Shown: in pieces, positions 1 through 13,300 of the stretch | How the letters are laid out: each line of letters starts with the position of its first letter | Numbering within the stretch: position 1 is the stretch's first letter | Source of the DNA: Antedon mediterranea | Taxonomy: Eukaryota; Animalia; Echinodermata | DNA: 64,000 nt | Assembly (NCBI RefSeq): GCF_964355755.1 | Contig: NC_092673.1 | Span: 29,943,648 to 30,007,647, forward strand | Direction: 5' to 3' | Made by a program: the position numbers and the translations under genes | The notes under the pieces: generated by a model | Seen by the model: the letters and a program-made list of their open reading frames with translations, nothing else | What the model was told of the DNA's origin: nothing | Databases searched by the model: none

Positions 1-393
1 TGGCAATACAATTACGTGCGTAGCACATGTAACGCATGCGTACGCGCGCTTAAAATTTTCAAAATTTATTTTTCGATGAAATAAGAGTACGTTTCAGGCA
101 ATTTTAAGCGTTTACAAAATTGCCATGAGTGCGCAGATTTTTGCGCGCGTTAAATGTTGTTGCACACTCTTTTTGCCCGATTTCTGTTTTCTTGACTTAC
201 TTTTCAACTCAAAATTACGTTATACGAGCAAGTCAAAAGTGACAGGCTACGCACGTGTAAATTAAAAAAATATAACTGTTTTTAAACATTTCAACATTTT
301 TAAACATGTTCAGTAATTTCGGTCAGTTGGTAGGTTGGTCGGTCGGTCGGTAAACACTAAGCACGCGACTGCAGCCATCTATATGGCCTTGTT
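1..393 (+). mobile_element. Helentron/HINE-like non-autonomous repeat, 3' part (in RABEPK intron)
   Basis: CpG-rich block with a (GGTC)n microsatellite at ~321-350, then CACGCGACT and a short terminal hairpin GCCATCTATATGGC ending in a T run. This resembles DINE-1/HINE architecture; family assignment is inference. Confidence 0.4.
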
Positions 394-581
394 TTTGTAT
401 TATGTATATACTCAAATAGACCAAATAAATGATGAAATGAAATGAAATTAATTCCAAACCGCCCGGTGCTATACTGAAATTTAATTAATTAATTTGAAAC
501 GATAAAGATGAGGAAATCTGTTAGAATGAGAAAAGTAAAATTTAATTAATCTGTATTCTAGCAATTTAAATTGTTATTTAG

Positions 582-1415
582 AAACACTGACATGGAAACA
601 AGTACGTTGTAAAGGAGATATCCCATCAGGCCGAGCAGCTCATGCAGCCGTATCCTATGGCAACCATATCATCATCTCTTGTGGCATGAATCATACTGGT
701 GCGATGGATGATTTGTACCACTACAATACAGGTAATTATAATAAAACAATTTTTTATTCAGAATCGAAATTTGAACATTCATTTAAATTCTTACTTATTA
801 AAAAAATTTTTGTCTTGTTTTAATACTGTTTTCTTAAGTTCTTAAATTACTTGTCCCATAGAGGTTCACTATATATCTCTTTGATTGTCCATAGATACAT
901 CAAGATGGACAAAACTTAATATAGAAGGAGCACCCCCATCTTGTCGTTTGGATCATTCCATGTGCATTATAGAATGGAAGTACAAACAAAAGAAAGAAAA
1001 AGCAAATTCAGAACATTCCATTATGAATCAGGTGAATTCAGATTGTGCTACTAACACTCCTCAAATTCAAAAATTGACACTCAGTGACGATCGCATAAAA
1101 GTTGAGGATGGAACTGTTGATCAAGTATCTTGTGCCAATAGTGTGACGGAAAGTGACACAGAAGATGTCTTACCACAAGAAAATGCCTCAACTGGTGCTT
1201 CTGCAGATGTTGCCTCTTTCTCGCCACCTGGAGCTGCGGCGGCCAATGAAATTGATGTAACTGAGCAAACTATAGAGGGATGTGAAATAGTTTCTAATAC
1301 AAAAGCTAGTTCGTTAGATGGCAGTTGTATGATGCTGCTTATGTGTGGTGGTATGGACACCCAAGGAGAGATCTTTGATGATACGTTAGTTTTAAGACTT
1401 AACCTACCAACTTGA
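582..1415 (+). CDS. RABEPK: Rab9 effector protein with kelch motifs (p40), last two coding exons; 5' part lies outside the window
   Basis: Exon 582-731 reads TLTWKQVRCKGDIPSGRAAHAAVSYGNHIIISCGMNHTGAMDDLYHYNT. Exon 895-1415 reads DTSRWTKLNIEGAPPSCRLDHSMCIIEW...LMCGGMDTQGEIFDDTLV. They are joined by a phase-1 GT-AG intron. RLDHSMCII.W and GGMxTxGEIxDD match the recalled RABEPK C-terminal kelch blades. Confidence 0.9.
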
Positions 1416-2916
1416 GAGGGCAGTGGAAATCATCATCATAATTGACTAAATAGTGCCCTCATGATCCAACTTCAGTAATAGCGAATAAGGAGCATGAATT
1501 CTCATGTGAAAGAAATATGTCACAATTTTAACCTCTTTTCTTGTAATTTTGAAAGAAAAAACATTTTAAAAATAACCAATGACCCCCATTCCTTTAGAAT
1601 CGGCTTGTTTTAAGCATGGGAGGTCAAGGTTCACTCAGCCATGTAGTCCATGTTTCTGAATGTTTTAGTCATATAGCTGATAAAAATATGCCATGTAGTA
1701 GCAATATATACTTCTGTATATCAATTGGTTACAAGTAGGTTAAAAGTTAAATACTATATTAGTCCTGTACTAAATTAATGGTAATTTAAATTAATTAGTA
1801 CAGTTTTGTTTTGAAATTAGTGAAAGTGAGATAGGCTTTATATTGCACCCTGGTTTTGTTTGCAAATTTAAATTAATATGATTTGGAATGTTTTTCTTAA
1901 TCACCAATTTTGTAAAGGTCTATCATACCATGTTTTTCACGCTGCTGCTCTAGCCCGCTACGTCCCATTAGGACTACTCAATCAGAAGCTAAAGCAAGCA
2001 GCAGTTATAGTTCTAAGGACAGACAGTTTTGTGAAAATGGAAACTCCACTATGATTTATTGATTCCAGCTGCTACAGTAGACCCAAAAAACGGCTGGGAA
2101 AGAGTCTATTAGGACATGTCATGCTAAAATTACAAATCCATATATTCACCGTCAGTGTCAGATATTCATTGAATTATTATCGAAACAGTCCATTAAAGTT
2201 TGTGTTTGTAATAGGATACTTCACAATTGAAATATCTAGGGTGATGAAGTGACCCCCAGATTTGACCTTAGCAATAAAATTAACTAAAGAGAAAGAAATT
2301 GAGTATTCACTTCTGTAACAAAAAATAATATTTATTCACATATAAAAAAAGAAAAGAAACCCAAAAACCATTGTCTGACAGACAATTTAAGTATTTGTTG
2401 CTTTAAATTACATTTTTTTCAGGTAAAATAACTATAATGTGACAATAAAATGACACATTCAAAAACATTTAAAATAAAAAATATTTTTCAATAAGCGAGC
2501 AGCGTTTTTTGTAAGAAATATTTCTTCTTTTAAATTGTTAATCTGATGTTTATCAGCTGACTGAGCTGAGTTAGTGTATTGACATCTACTTGGATTTCAT
2601 ACTACCAGCTGTTTGTCTCAACATGTGTCTACCACTTTACATATTGACAATGTGTGCTATATATCAGTGACTTAACTTGATCAGGCGACTTAACATATGA
2701 TCCCAACTAGGTACAGACTTGGACTCGGAGTAAAAATAAGATTCAACACAAATAATATCAGTGGTATCTTTATCTTAATGAGTGTACATTCAATTTGGGC
2801 CTGAAACCTGTAAAGAAATCAGATTCATGAATTTTATTTCACCCCTTTTAGAAAATGAATTGTTCCATAGGCATACATGGTTTACTAACAGCTCCTCCCC
2901 CTGCACTACTTCATAA

Positions 2917-4366
2917 CATAGTTGCCATTTCTGGCATTATTATGCTTTTTGGCATTATTTGGAGGCCCACGGCATCTGGCATAATGCCGCGGCATTATTT
3001 AGCCGTTTTTAGCATAATCTGGCATAATTTTGTGTTTTTTGAACAACCAAAAAAAAAATATACCACAGAACAAAAATAAAATATTTTGTTTATAAATCTT
3101 GCAATTTAATACATATTATCACCTTAGGCTTATACAATATCATATCGTACAAAACAGATCTTTTCGGGTTTTCCGTACAATAGTTCTTCCATCCTTTAGT
3201 TTCGGACTTAATCGACTCTTCGGATAGGAAGGCTGCTCGAAAACTACCGTGTGTGCGATATAGGCAGTACAACAAATCCGAAGAGGCTAGCTATTGGCCA
3301 ATTATGTTGCTCTATTTCAGAGATCATGCAGGTTATTGGATCCCCACGGGTGTAGAGACAACTGAACGAAAACATTATGAAAGGGGTTTTGTTTTTTCAG
3401 TTCATAATTATAAGTGGCCGCACCCCTACCACAACCCTTAAAATGGCAATTTCCGATAACTTAGAAGCTCTAATTTTAAAAAGAATTTCTTCTTGAGAAT
3501 TTGTTTTCCATATTTCAAATTATGTTCCATTTGCATCGTCGTAGCAACTATTTTCCCAAATGTTCTTCACCTCTCAGCCCCAGTAGTGACCATAGTGGGC
3601 GAGGTAATTTTTATTTCAAATTAAGTGCCATTTCCGCCCATCGAGCAGCTCTATTTTTCCAATTTTTTTAAAAAAAACCATGGTGGGGCATGAGGTCCTG
3701 GAGACACTTAATATATATTTTTATTTCCTATTTTAAATTTTAATTGCCATTTTCAAAACTATAATGGGCTAAGATCCTGAAGGTACTAATAAATATATTT
3801 TTATTTCATATTTGAAATTAAGTGCCATATCCGGCCATCAGCATTTTTCCCAAATTTTCTTATCAACCATGGTGGGGCTGAGGTCCTGGAGACACAATTA
3901 ATAAATATATATTTTTATTTCCTATTTTAAATTATAATTGCCATTTTCTAATTATGGTGGGCTAAGATCCTTTCATATTTGAAATTAAGTGCAAAGATCG
4001 AGCAGCTGTCATATTTCAGCTCAAAAATTCTAAATTTTCATGGCTGTAACAGGTTTTTTTTGGGGGGGGGGGGGGACGTGGGTTGGTGTTGGTGTCATTT
4101 GCAATTACCATTTTCGCACCCCAGATATTTTTAGAATTATTAGTTATTACTCACAAAACTAAAAATATAACTTTTTGAACATCATAGGGATGACAATTTT
4201 AGGCCCTATTTTGAGTCAGTTGGGGTTTTACAAACGTTTATAAGACATACAACCGTTGGTGGCGCTGTTTAGGGCCACATTTTGGAGATCTGGCATTATT
4301 TTTCCCAATCTGGCATTATTTGAGACAGGATACGGCATAATTTAAATTTTATCGCTGGCAACGCTG
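2917..4366. mobile_element. Non-autonomous hAT-like DNA transposon
   Basis: Imperfect TIRs CATAGTTGCCA / TGGCAACGCTG, a perfect 8-bp TSD CTTCATAA (2909-2916 and 4367-4374), and subterminal GGCAT(T/A)AT repeats at both ends. Confidence 0.8.
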
Positions 4367-6380
4367 CTTCATAATAAGTTCTGGCTATTGTATAACCATG
4401 GAGTAATAAGGTACCAATGGTATAACTATACTGTGTTATTACAACATTTAATAATTAAACCTTGAACCTGATTGCAACACAATTTTATTGCACCATAAAG
4501 GGTCCGAAAAAGATAAAAATTGATATAAGTATCAGTAAGTGTAATTAGTACACTTGCTGCGGTTTTAATATTTGCTGGCATCTCCTACATGTTATCAGTC
4601 TGATTAAATTTAATTATTAATTCAACGAAATTAAGTAACTTTAATTGGTTTAACGATTTAACTATGATCAAACAGAGATGATAAAAAACCTCTAGGAACA
4701 GAGTAAAGAATATGTTATGATAAATTGTTGTGTAACTGATAATCAAGCCATAAATGGTAAATATAGGTTGAGTAATTGTTTGCATTGCATAACTACACAA
4801 GTTATTCAATGGCTGTAGACAAAGGTATGTGGAATACCTTCATGAATAGACTATGGTGACGTGCTAGTTGTTTGTATGACGTCCAGGCTTGTGAATTATA
4901 TTGTCTGATTACAAATCTTGGAACGTGTTACAGTTTGTTGGGTTTCTTCTATAGGCTGTATTTTGTGTGCTTTCTGTTTTTTAGTGTGAAGATTTTAGGA
5001 ATTATTTATTAAATGTTATGACTTTAGTCTTTTCAGACAAACTTCCTGTGGCAAGTTTACACTAAAGCTATCAAACATTATGTGACAAAAAAAAAGTGCC
5101 CATCCATAGAGATATTATAGTTCATTATAATATCTCTATGGCCCATCTCATACCATGGAGGTGTTTATACCTCCATGATCATATCACTACCATATTTGGG
5201 CACATCACACTTTTTTTTTTGTCAAACTAGTTTGATTGTGTAGACAAAGCTTTAAGAAATGATCACTTTGTATTTTCAAGGAAAAATCCTTGGGTGTTTT
5301 AAGTACAAGGCTTCAGAAATTAAAAAATATATAATTAGATTTATACATCAACAAAATTCACAAAATTGTGAATGGAATAAATCATTAATAGACAGTAGCG
5401 GCCAGGGTTTTAATATGCTATCTTTTTTTGTGTGATATACTAACAAACTTCCAATCGCAGTAAAATCACTTCAAATTGTGGAAAACATTAAGTGGCTTTT
5501 TAATATGGTCCTGATTTCCTAATTGCATTAGTTTTGTGTTTTTAATCACATACCTGTTTGTATTATTAATCCCATTGACTGGATTATTGTTGGTCAGTCT
5601 TGACCACTCTGATTGGTCAATAGTGACCACATGCATCAATCATGCTTTTCCCATGCAATGTGCTCTCTCCTGCTTTTGTTTTATGTCCATGTGGCATTGT
5701 ACAACAATAGCATGTAGGCATAATGCTTACATGCTATAAAATCATGATGATTTATTTTCACAGAGGCATTTTAAATAAGGCAACAATAGACCCACTACAA
5801 TGCCACATAAGGACATGTTTAATTGTTTCAATAATTTGATATGAATGGATTTACCTCCTTGTTTTGTGAACAATTATATTACCGGTAATTCACTTCTTGC
5901 TTTGAGGAGATCATTTAATAGCTAATAAGCTATGATGTAACCATGGATTTCTCCATAATGTAAATAAAATGCACACTTAATTTGTAGTATTTTAAGTTCA
6001 CATTTGATATTGAGTACAGGTATGCCAGGTAGTGTTTGATTGTTCACACTTCCGTTAAGGTATATTAAAATAGTAAGCAAATATTTTCCCAGGACATTCT
6101 GCAAAGTAATGAAGAAATCAAAGATAGGAATCTTCAGCATGATAAGGCATTATATTAAGAGCCTATAAGTTAAGATTTCCTTTATACAGATGTATTATAT
6201 AGCTTAATTATTAATTCCTCTATCCCTATAGAATGTTGATGCCATGACTGGCTTTTTTTTGGTGTAGCAAGGACCATGCACCATAGTAATGTCTGGGCCC
6301 CCAGACATATCATGTTATTGTGACTTTGTCGATTTTGGGGTCCTAGGACATTTTTAATGTTTAATACTCTTGTATTCTTA

Positions 6381-6755
6381 AGCCGATTTTCCACTAGGCG
6401 AATTTGTTCGCGCGAATCGAAAGCGTCATGCTATGCGCATGCGTATTCAAGTTTCTGTCTGTCATACTCCCTTCTGCGACGAATTCTTGTTCCTTTGATT
6501 TTTCGCTTCAGCGAAATTTACTAGTTCGAATTGTTTCTACTTTTTGCGAAGCGAAATATCGCGCAACCAATCAGAGCTCAGGAAATGAGCTATGACGCTT
6601 TCATGAGCACTCATGCGAATCGAAATGCTCAGCAACCACGCGAGGAACATGAACGTCGCATCTATTCGCTTATGTAGTGGAAAGAGAGTAGGCGATTTTT
6701 TTCTCTTTGAAACGTTGGATTTGCGCGAACAAATTCGCCTAATGGAAAATCGGCT
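6381..6755. mobile_element. PIF/Harbinger-type MITE
   Basis: ~38-bp TIR AGCCGATTTTCCACTAGGCGAATTTGTTCGCGCGAATC, with TTA on both sides. Confidence 0.85.
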
Positions 6756-7032
6756 TTAAAGTTCACCGAAATGTACTCATGATTAAAATATTCCATTAAT
6801 TACCGTTTATCATTTATTATATGTTGCTCATTTGCTATTGCAATGTCATAACAGTTGATTGAAAGAGATAAACTTTCCCCTTGTACTTACCGAATACAAT
6901 GTGACTATTATTTTGGTTCAATAAGGAAGCTATATCCCACTAACAATACACTTTGTATAAGCATCCTGTTTCATTTTATACCTGCTTGGTCTAAAATATA
7001 ATTTGGTAAATTACCAATCCTATAAACAGGCG

Positions 7033-7929
7033 CATTCTGTGGTGGGGCACACTCTGTGGTGGGACATATTCTGTGTGGGACACATTCTGTGGTGGGACAT
7101 ATTTTGTATGGGACACATTCTGTGGTGGGACATATTCTGTGTGGGACACATTCTGTGGTGGGACATATTCTGTGTGGAACACACTCTGTGGTGGGATACA
7201 TTCTGTGGTGGGACATATTCTGTGGTGGGACATATTTTGTGGTGGGACATATTCTGTGGTGGGACATTTTGTGGTGGGACATATTCTGTGGTGGGACACA
7301 TTCTGTGGTTGGACGCATTCTGTGGTGGGACATATTCTATGGTGGGACACATTCTGTGGTTGGACGCATTCTGTGGTGGGACATATTCTGTGTGGGATGC
7401 ATGCTGTGGTGGGACATATTCTATGGTGGAACATATTCTGTGTGGGACATATTCTGTGGTGGGACACATTCTGTGGTTTGACGCATTCTGTGGTGGGACA
7501 TATTCTGTGTGGGAAGCATGCTGTGGTGGGACATATTCTATGGTGGGACATATTCTGTGTGGGACATATTCTGTGTGGGACATATTCTGTGGTGGGACGC
7601 ATTCTGTGGTGGGACACATTCTGTGGTGGGACATATTCTGTGTGGGACACATTCTGTGGTGGGACATATTCTGTGGTGGGACATATTTTGTGGTGGGACA
7701 CATTCTGTGGTGGGACATATTCTGTGTGGGACATATTCTGTGGTGGGACATATTCTGTGGTGGGACATATTTTGTGGTGGGACATATTCTGTGGTGGGAC
7801 ACATTCTGTGGTGGGACATATTCTGTGTGGGACACATTCTGTGGTGGGACACATTCTGTGGTGGGACATATTTTGTGGTGGGACATATTCTGTGGTGGGA
7901 CATATTCTGCGGTGGGACATATTCTGTGT
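7033..7929. repeat. Minisatellite, 16-17-bp unit ATTCTGTGGTGGGACA(T/C), ~50 copies
   Basis: Tandem unit directly visible; it explains the overlapping repetitive ORFs in all six frames. Confidence 0.97.
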
Positions 7930-9167
7930 TGTGGAAATTAGAATATGGAGCATCAATGGTTATCATTTCCTTATTTTGGATAGTACACATAGGCCTATAT
8001 ACAAAACAAAAAGAGAAAAAAATGTCACCAGGAAATGAATGGCAGCTTCTTCCACAAAATCTGAACTATCCTAAAATATCAATTTGCACCAATGCTGATG
8101 CAGGTTGCATTGTGGAAGTACATTAACTATGGTTTTAATTAAATTATTTAACTGCCAAATCCCACAAATCTTTGCTCAACACCCCAGTAAAAAGAAAACC
8201 TTGTGTCCACACATAAACTATGTTTCAACATTTTTAACTAGTTTAATTAAATATATTTTATTCTCTACAGATTTCTCTATCTAATTAGAATTATTGAAAC
8301 ATTTTGATATTAAAGTCTGTTTTTTTTAAAGTTTGTTTTTTCTTTTTCAAAATAATAATTACTTTGAATTTGTTTATAATAAATTCTTCACTAAAGTTTA
8401 TTGTTGAGAAAAAAAAGAGATCTCTTATCAAGATCCTGTTCAAATAAACTTTAAATTTAATATTAAAATTGTTTCCGCACGGTTGGCGATCCAGAACTGT
8501 GAGTAATCCATCAAGAATTAGAGGCTTTAAAAGCCAAAGTTCCTCATCATATTATATTATTATGACAGCAGTTGAATATATTATTACCCCCTTAAAGCAA
8601 TGGCCTTTACCATTTCTTTCAGTAAATATAAACAACAAAACCTCCCCTGCAGGTCCTCTTAAAAAAGTAAACACCAGTTGAAAGTAAAATACAGTACAAT
8701 TATTTTAAAGGGACTAACAGTAGGTTTCTGGGCTCTCTCCCAACCTTCTTGTTTTGTAAAGGGGCCCTGCAGATTACTGTTATCTATACCAGTCTGTCTG
8801 ATACCACACAATTAATATACAGCATGGAGATATAATTAGTTTACTGTAATGATTGTGTAATACCTAATGACTGAGTCTAACCATACTTTGCTGCAAACTT
8901 GGCAGGTAAACAGCTTGAATAAATATAATGGTCCCTGGACATTTGTCTAGGAAATATGCAAAACTGGTTTCATGTAACACTTTCGCAGGATCGAAAACAG
9001 ATAGATGGTAACACTAGCAGTATAAACCATAGGTCTAGGTGAACCGACACCTAATGAACAGTGTATTGCATTGCACTCCAATTCAATAAATATTGTAACC
9101 CTCCAATATACAGTACTGTATTGGATTTTGGAGTCTATAGTATATTGAATAAGCAACCCCATATTAA

Positions 9168-9526
9168 AGATGTATTGTCCCCCCGAAAAAATTATTATTT
9201 AAATTTTTGTTGTTGAATATGCCATTTAAATGTCATATACAGTAATAGTTATCCATTTTGACCAAAAATTAGATCGAAAAGATTAAATTAAATCGATAGA
9301 AAAAACTGTAATTTAAAGCAAAAAATAGTCAAATTGGCTGCCAGCCAATGGATTTTTGGTTGAAATTAACCATTTATTTTATCATTTTATAAGAGAAAAC
9401 ATTATTTTTTCAATTTTTTTTTCTATGGAATGGAAGTGATTAATTTTATTAAAACTACAAAATAACCTATTCAAAGTCTGATTTAATTAATCTTCATTTT
9501 TTATTTTTTTGGGGGACAATACATCT
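9168..9526. mobile_element. Kolobok-like MITE
   Basis: TIR AGATGTATTGTCCCCC / GGGGGACAATACATCT, flanked by TTAA on both sides. Confidence 0.8.
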
Positions 9527-11554
9527 TTAAGTATTTCCTATTGTAAACAGCATACTGTTAATAATAATAGTAAGTTGTATTTGCTCTCAATACATTACAT
9601 TCAGTTATAATACTACATTAATGTATAATGCAGTCTGTACAATGTCAATGACATTATAACATTCACTGTAATGTGTTTTCACACTTAGCTAATGTAGCTT
9701 TTTATAAACCTGGACAGTCAGCATATAATTATCGTCATCATAGACAAAATTAGACCTGCAAGCGTTAAACATTATCCACATATAATAGCACAAACGAACT
9801 TTCTAATGTTCAAACTCTATTAATATGAGTGCACATCACTTATTAGACATAATATGATGGTTTTTTAAATGTCACGTATACAAAATTGAATTTTCCTCTT
9901 GTCCAATTTATAAGTTATCTTGTCACAGGTGCCAGGAATAATATGAAGTATTGAACATAAATGATGACCACATGATCTGACTCACGTTATATGGTACCTT
10001 GCACACATTCACCCACATCTAAACTCGAGTCGTAGAGTGTGGATATTTTGCGCATAGTCTATGGTTATTTTGCATATCATAGATCTGGATAGAAATTTAT
10101 AAAATCTAGATATTTCAGCCAGTTATGTATGCAATTTTAACGAATGACTGTGGTACCAAGAAAGGTGTGCATTATGATTTTATGAGACTTTGTCTTTGAG
10201 GGGTGCGCAATTTGTAGCACACCTATAAAAGTTTCAGAAGTTACTCCAGCAGTTTAAGATATTTCCGTCTATAACAAAACTAATAAAGGATGCATGATTT
10301 AGAATTCTGTCCATGTGCGACAGGTAAATCCACACGACATGAATATACTGCTTATTGTAAATTATGCACAAATATAGACATATGATACAAAACAGATTGT
10401 TCTTAAATACAAATGTTTTTATCCTAAAATATTTATTGCTTCTTTCCTTAATTCTGTACATTATTATGAGTAAGTTATTACCATACTTTCTTCACCATTT
10501 AAATTCCATTCTACTACTGTACAATACAAACGAGAAATAAATTTTATCCTACAAAGAAATCAACAAAATAAATATTTAAATGTCAAATAATAGAAGGCAT
10601 GATGACTACTTGTCCACATTTACAGTGAATTACTAAATTATTCTATTACATAATAATAATACAATAAAACAAAGAGACCTAATGAATTTGCTAACAAATA
10701 ATTTTAAGTTAATGTTTTTGTAATTCTTTTAAAAATGTACATTTTTTTACTTCTTGTAGTAATATACTACTGTAATAGTAATATACTGTCATTAGTAGGG
10801 CCTAATTGAATTTACTGACAAAACCGCTATAAAACAGAATATTAAAAGAAACCTTTCTCTTTAGAAAAATCAACACAGCATATACCAGTATATTGATTAA
10901 AATTGCGTCTATTAATTAAAATTATTATTATACTAAACACTAGTACAATATATAGTATAGTAGTGGTAGTAGTAGAGGATCTGAAAACTAATACAGTTTA
11001 TTCAGTGTACAAGGCTATCTTGGAAGCCTAACAAATGTGCGAAATCACAGTGAGTTTTAGAAATAACACAAGTAAAGTTTAAGTAACTGGTATAAGAGTA
11101 GGCAGTCAATTCAAAGGTGGGATTTAGTTTCTTTGTGCAATTTACAAAGACAAGGACTTATCATTTAGACTAAAAAAGTATTAACTAAGTAATTAGAGAA
11201 GTTACTACAGTTGTGTATGTCAAGTTTTTCCATTCACTAAAAGTTTAAAATGCAAAACAATATATATTAAAGATGTACCGCCTGACATGAAATTGAAGAA
11301 CCTCAACAGTTCAGCAAAGAATAGGTAAAAAATGGTTGAACAGCATTTTGCCAACGTTTTGTTTGTAGATTTTATCAAAAGATAATAATAGTCGGTTAAA
11401 TAACTTAAAAACTGTGAAATTACATTAAAAATTGATGCAATCTTTGGAACACATCAAGACAAAATGTATTAAATTAAATACTAATTGAATTAGTAACTTC
11501 TTACTATAGTCCTTCCTTACATCTTTTTGATTTATCCGATCAAATTCTTTAAAA

Positions 11555-12484
11555 TCACCAGTATGGCCTTTCATCTTCTCCGATCCTCCAGTAGGAGAAC
11601 GACGACCAATCAGCATTGCCGTCTAGACTGGTGTATGGATTTAAACCAATGTTCTCATCCGTGTTTGCACAATCTCCCAATTCCTCAGCCTTTACCCTGT
11701 AATTTAAACCATCATTATTATCCCAAAACTCACCCGATTCGCACTTGTAACAAACGCAGAATTCAAATCGTTCAATTCTTTGATTCGTAGGTACGTTAAA
11801 TTGAAACGAGAATGTATCAAACTTGTCGGATTCGCTGCTATGAATAGAACTGCCGATCGATTGCACAAATGTAGCATTAAAGTCTGTGAACGATTTCCAC
11901 CGGTCAAAGGTCGTGCGAAGAAACACTTTCTTCTCATAAGATATATTTTTTACTTTTAAAGTGCCCATTACAATTAAACTATCTTTCACAACAATATTTT
12001 CAAGACAAACATTTTGATGTTCCAATTGTTTCCTGAACTGTAAATAGTTTGAAGCGGGCTGGTCAAAACAAGGCACATATTTGTATGTAAATGAAGGCTG
12101 CGGCACAGCATCCTGCGTTATCATCTCCAAAACAAGTGGACTCAATAAAGGTGGAGTATCACTCGATTCTGACATAACTTTTACGCGTGTAAGTGCAAGT
12201 CCTTGTGCAAAACGTACTCTCTTCCCCTCAGTTGCTGCTCCTTTATTTTTTTTTAAAGATAATAAATCGGGAACATCATGACCTCGCAAACATGACCTTA
12301 ATAATGGTCCGCTATTTGTGCGACTCTCAAAACTCGTCTGCATTGTTTTGGAAAGCGGCGCCATCTGAATGTTTAAGTCTACTTGTTTTCGATTAATATT
12401 TGCGTTGGAGAAAGTAGAAATTGGTGATGAACAACTTAATGTGGTCGGACTGGATGTCAGCAGCAGCACAGATTCAACTGGCAT
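11555..12484 (-). CDS. PPP1R3B: Protein phosphatase 1 glycogen-targeting regulatory subunit (PPP1R3B/C-like, CBM21 domain), single coding exon, 309 aa
   Basis: N-terminal MPVE..L.L..SP motif and LRSCL. RVxF docking motif KRVRFAQGLALTRVK. FDQPASNY..FR..L....VCLEN segment. CBM21 motifs GTLKVKNISYEKKV and FWDNNDGLNY, and C-terminal PYW. An in-frame upstream stop in the 5' exon fixes the ATG. The paralog letter (B/C/D) cannot be resolved. Confidence 0.92.
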   Translation of the reverse strand: MPVESVLLLTSSPTTLSCSSPISTFSNANINRKQVDLNIQMAPLSKTMQTSFESRTNSGPLLRSCLRGHDVPDLLSLKKNKGAATEGKRVRFAQGLALTRVKVMSESSDTPPLLSPLVLEMITQDAVPQPSFTYKYVPCFDQPASNYLQFRKQLEHQNVCLENIVVKDSLIVMGTLKVKNISYEKKVFLRTTFDRWKSFTDFNATFVQSIGSSIHSSESDKFDTFSFQFNVPTNQRIERFEFCVCYKCESGEFWDNNDGLNYRVKAEELGDCANTDENIGLNPYTSLDGNADWSSFSYWRIGEDERPYW

Positions 12485-12817
12485 CTTCTCATCAACTGCA
12501 CACCCTGTAGTGAAACAACAACAACAAAAAAAATTATAGTATTTACAATGTCTTGTCTACTTTAGTAGAGGTGGGTGGGTAGTATACCAACTAATTGCCT
12601 TGGCCCTTCAATCGGTGTGGAACATGGCCTAAAGAGGGTAGCCTAGCTAGTCTAGTAGGCTAGTACCCTACTCTCTAGCCTAGCCTAGAGGCCCCTAGTA
12701 GTAGAGTAGGCTCGCTAGTAAAATGGTAGGCACTTAGTAGGCTATAAACAGCACAGCTAGGCTAGATAGATCTGTAGTAGCATAACTAATAGTAATACTA
12801 CTAGGCAAATTGCTTAC

Positions 12818-13300
12818 CTTATTTGTGTTTGATATACCCTTACATGCCGCATAATACAAAATACCGGCTTTAAAAAAAATTTAAAATGATGGCCTGATTC
12901 TTTCGCAATCTACAGAAAATAAAAAAATCTAAAGTTGAAACAAATGACCCCTTTAAAAAAATAAGTGGATCATACTAATAATATTGAGGATCTATTAAAG
13001 AAAAAACATTTATATCTGTTAGATAAACAAACTAATAACATATGTATACATACATATTATATCCAGAAAATGTAAATATTGTAATTTTATATTATAAATT
13101 ATATAAAATATCATTATTTTAAAACATTTTAAAACATTATTTTAAATCATCTACACAATCAAATAGTGGATACAACCCAATATGCAAAGCATGTTCACGT
13201 GTACTGAATGGATTTAACGAATCAAAAGAAGGAATACCTCGTTCCATCGTGATGTCATCGAACATTTCAACCAATCAGCGAGGTGAATTTCTTATAAGCA
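12818..13300 (-). promoter_or_regulatory. Non-coding first exon and promoter of the PPP1R3 gene
   Basis: Minus-strand donor AAG|GTAAGC at 12818/12817 and acceptor CTACAG at 12505/12504 (313-nt intron). E-box CACGTG at 13196-13201, CRE-like TGATGTCA at 13250-13257, CCAATC at 13271. The TSS cannot be determined. Confidence 0.55.

Noticed and set aside
1121-1360. Antisense ORFs over real exons (also 11527-12396, 31146-31412, 57600-57875, 61973-62155)
   Set aside because: These are shadow frames of RABEPK, PPP1R3, prominin and MMS19 exons.
2411-2428. TTTTTTTCAG|GTAAAA recursive-site-like motif
   Set aside because: It lies downstream of the RABEPK stop, outside any supported intron, and is expected by chance in AT-rich DNA.
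6971-8126. Nine overlapping ORFs of up to 321 aa with Cys/His- or Trp-rich repeats
   Set aside because: All are translations of one 16-17-bp minisatellite whose unit length is not a multiple of 3. There is no splice or domain evidence.
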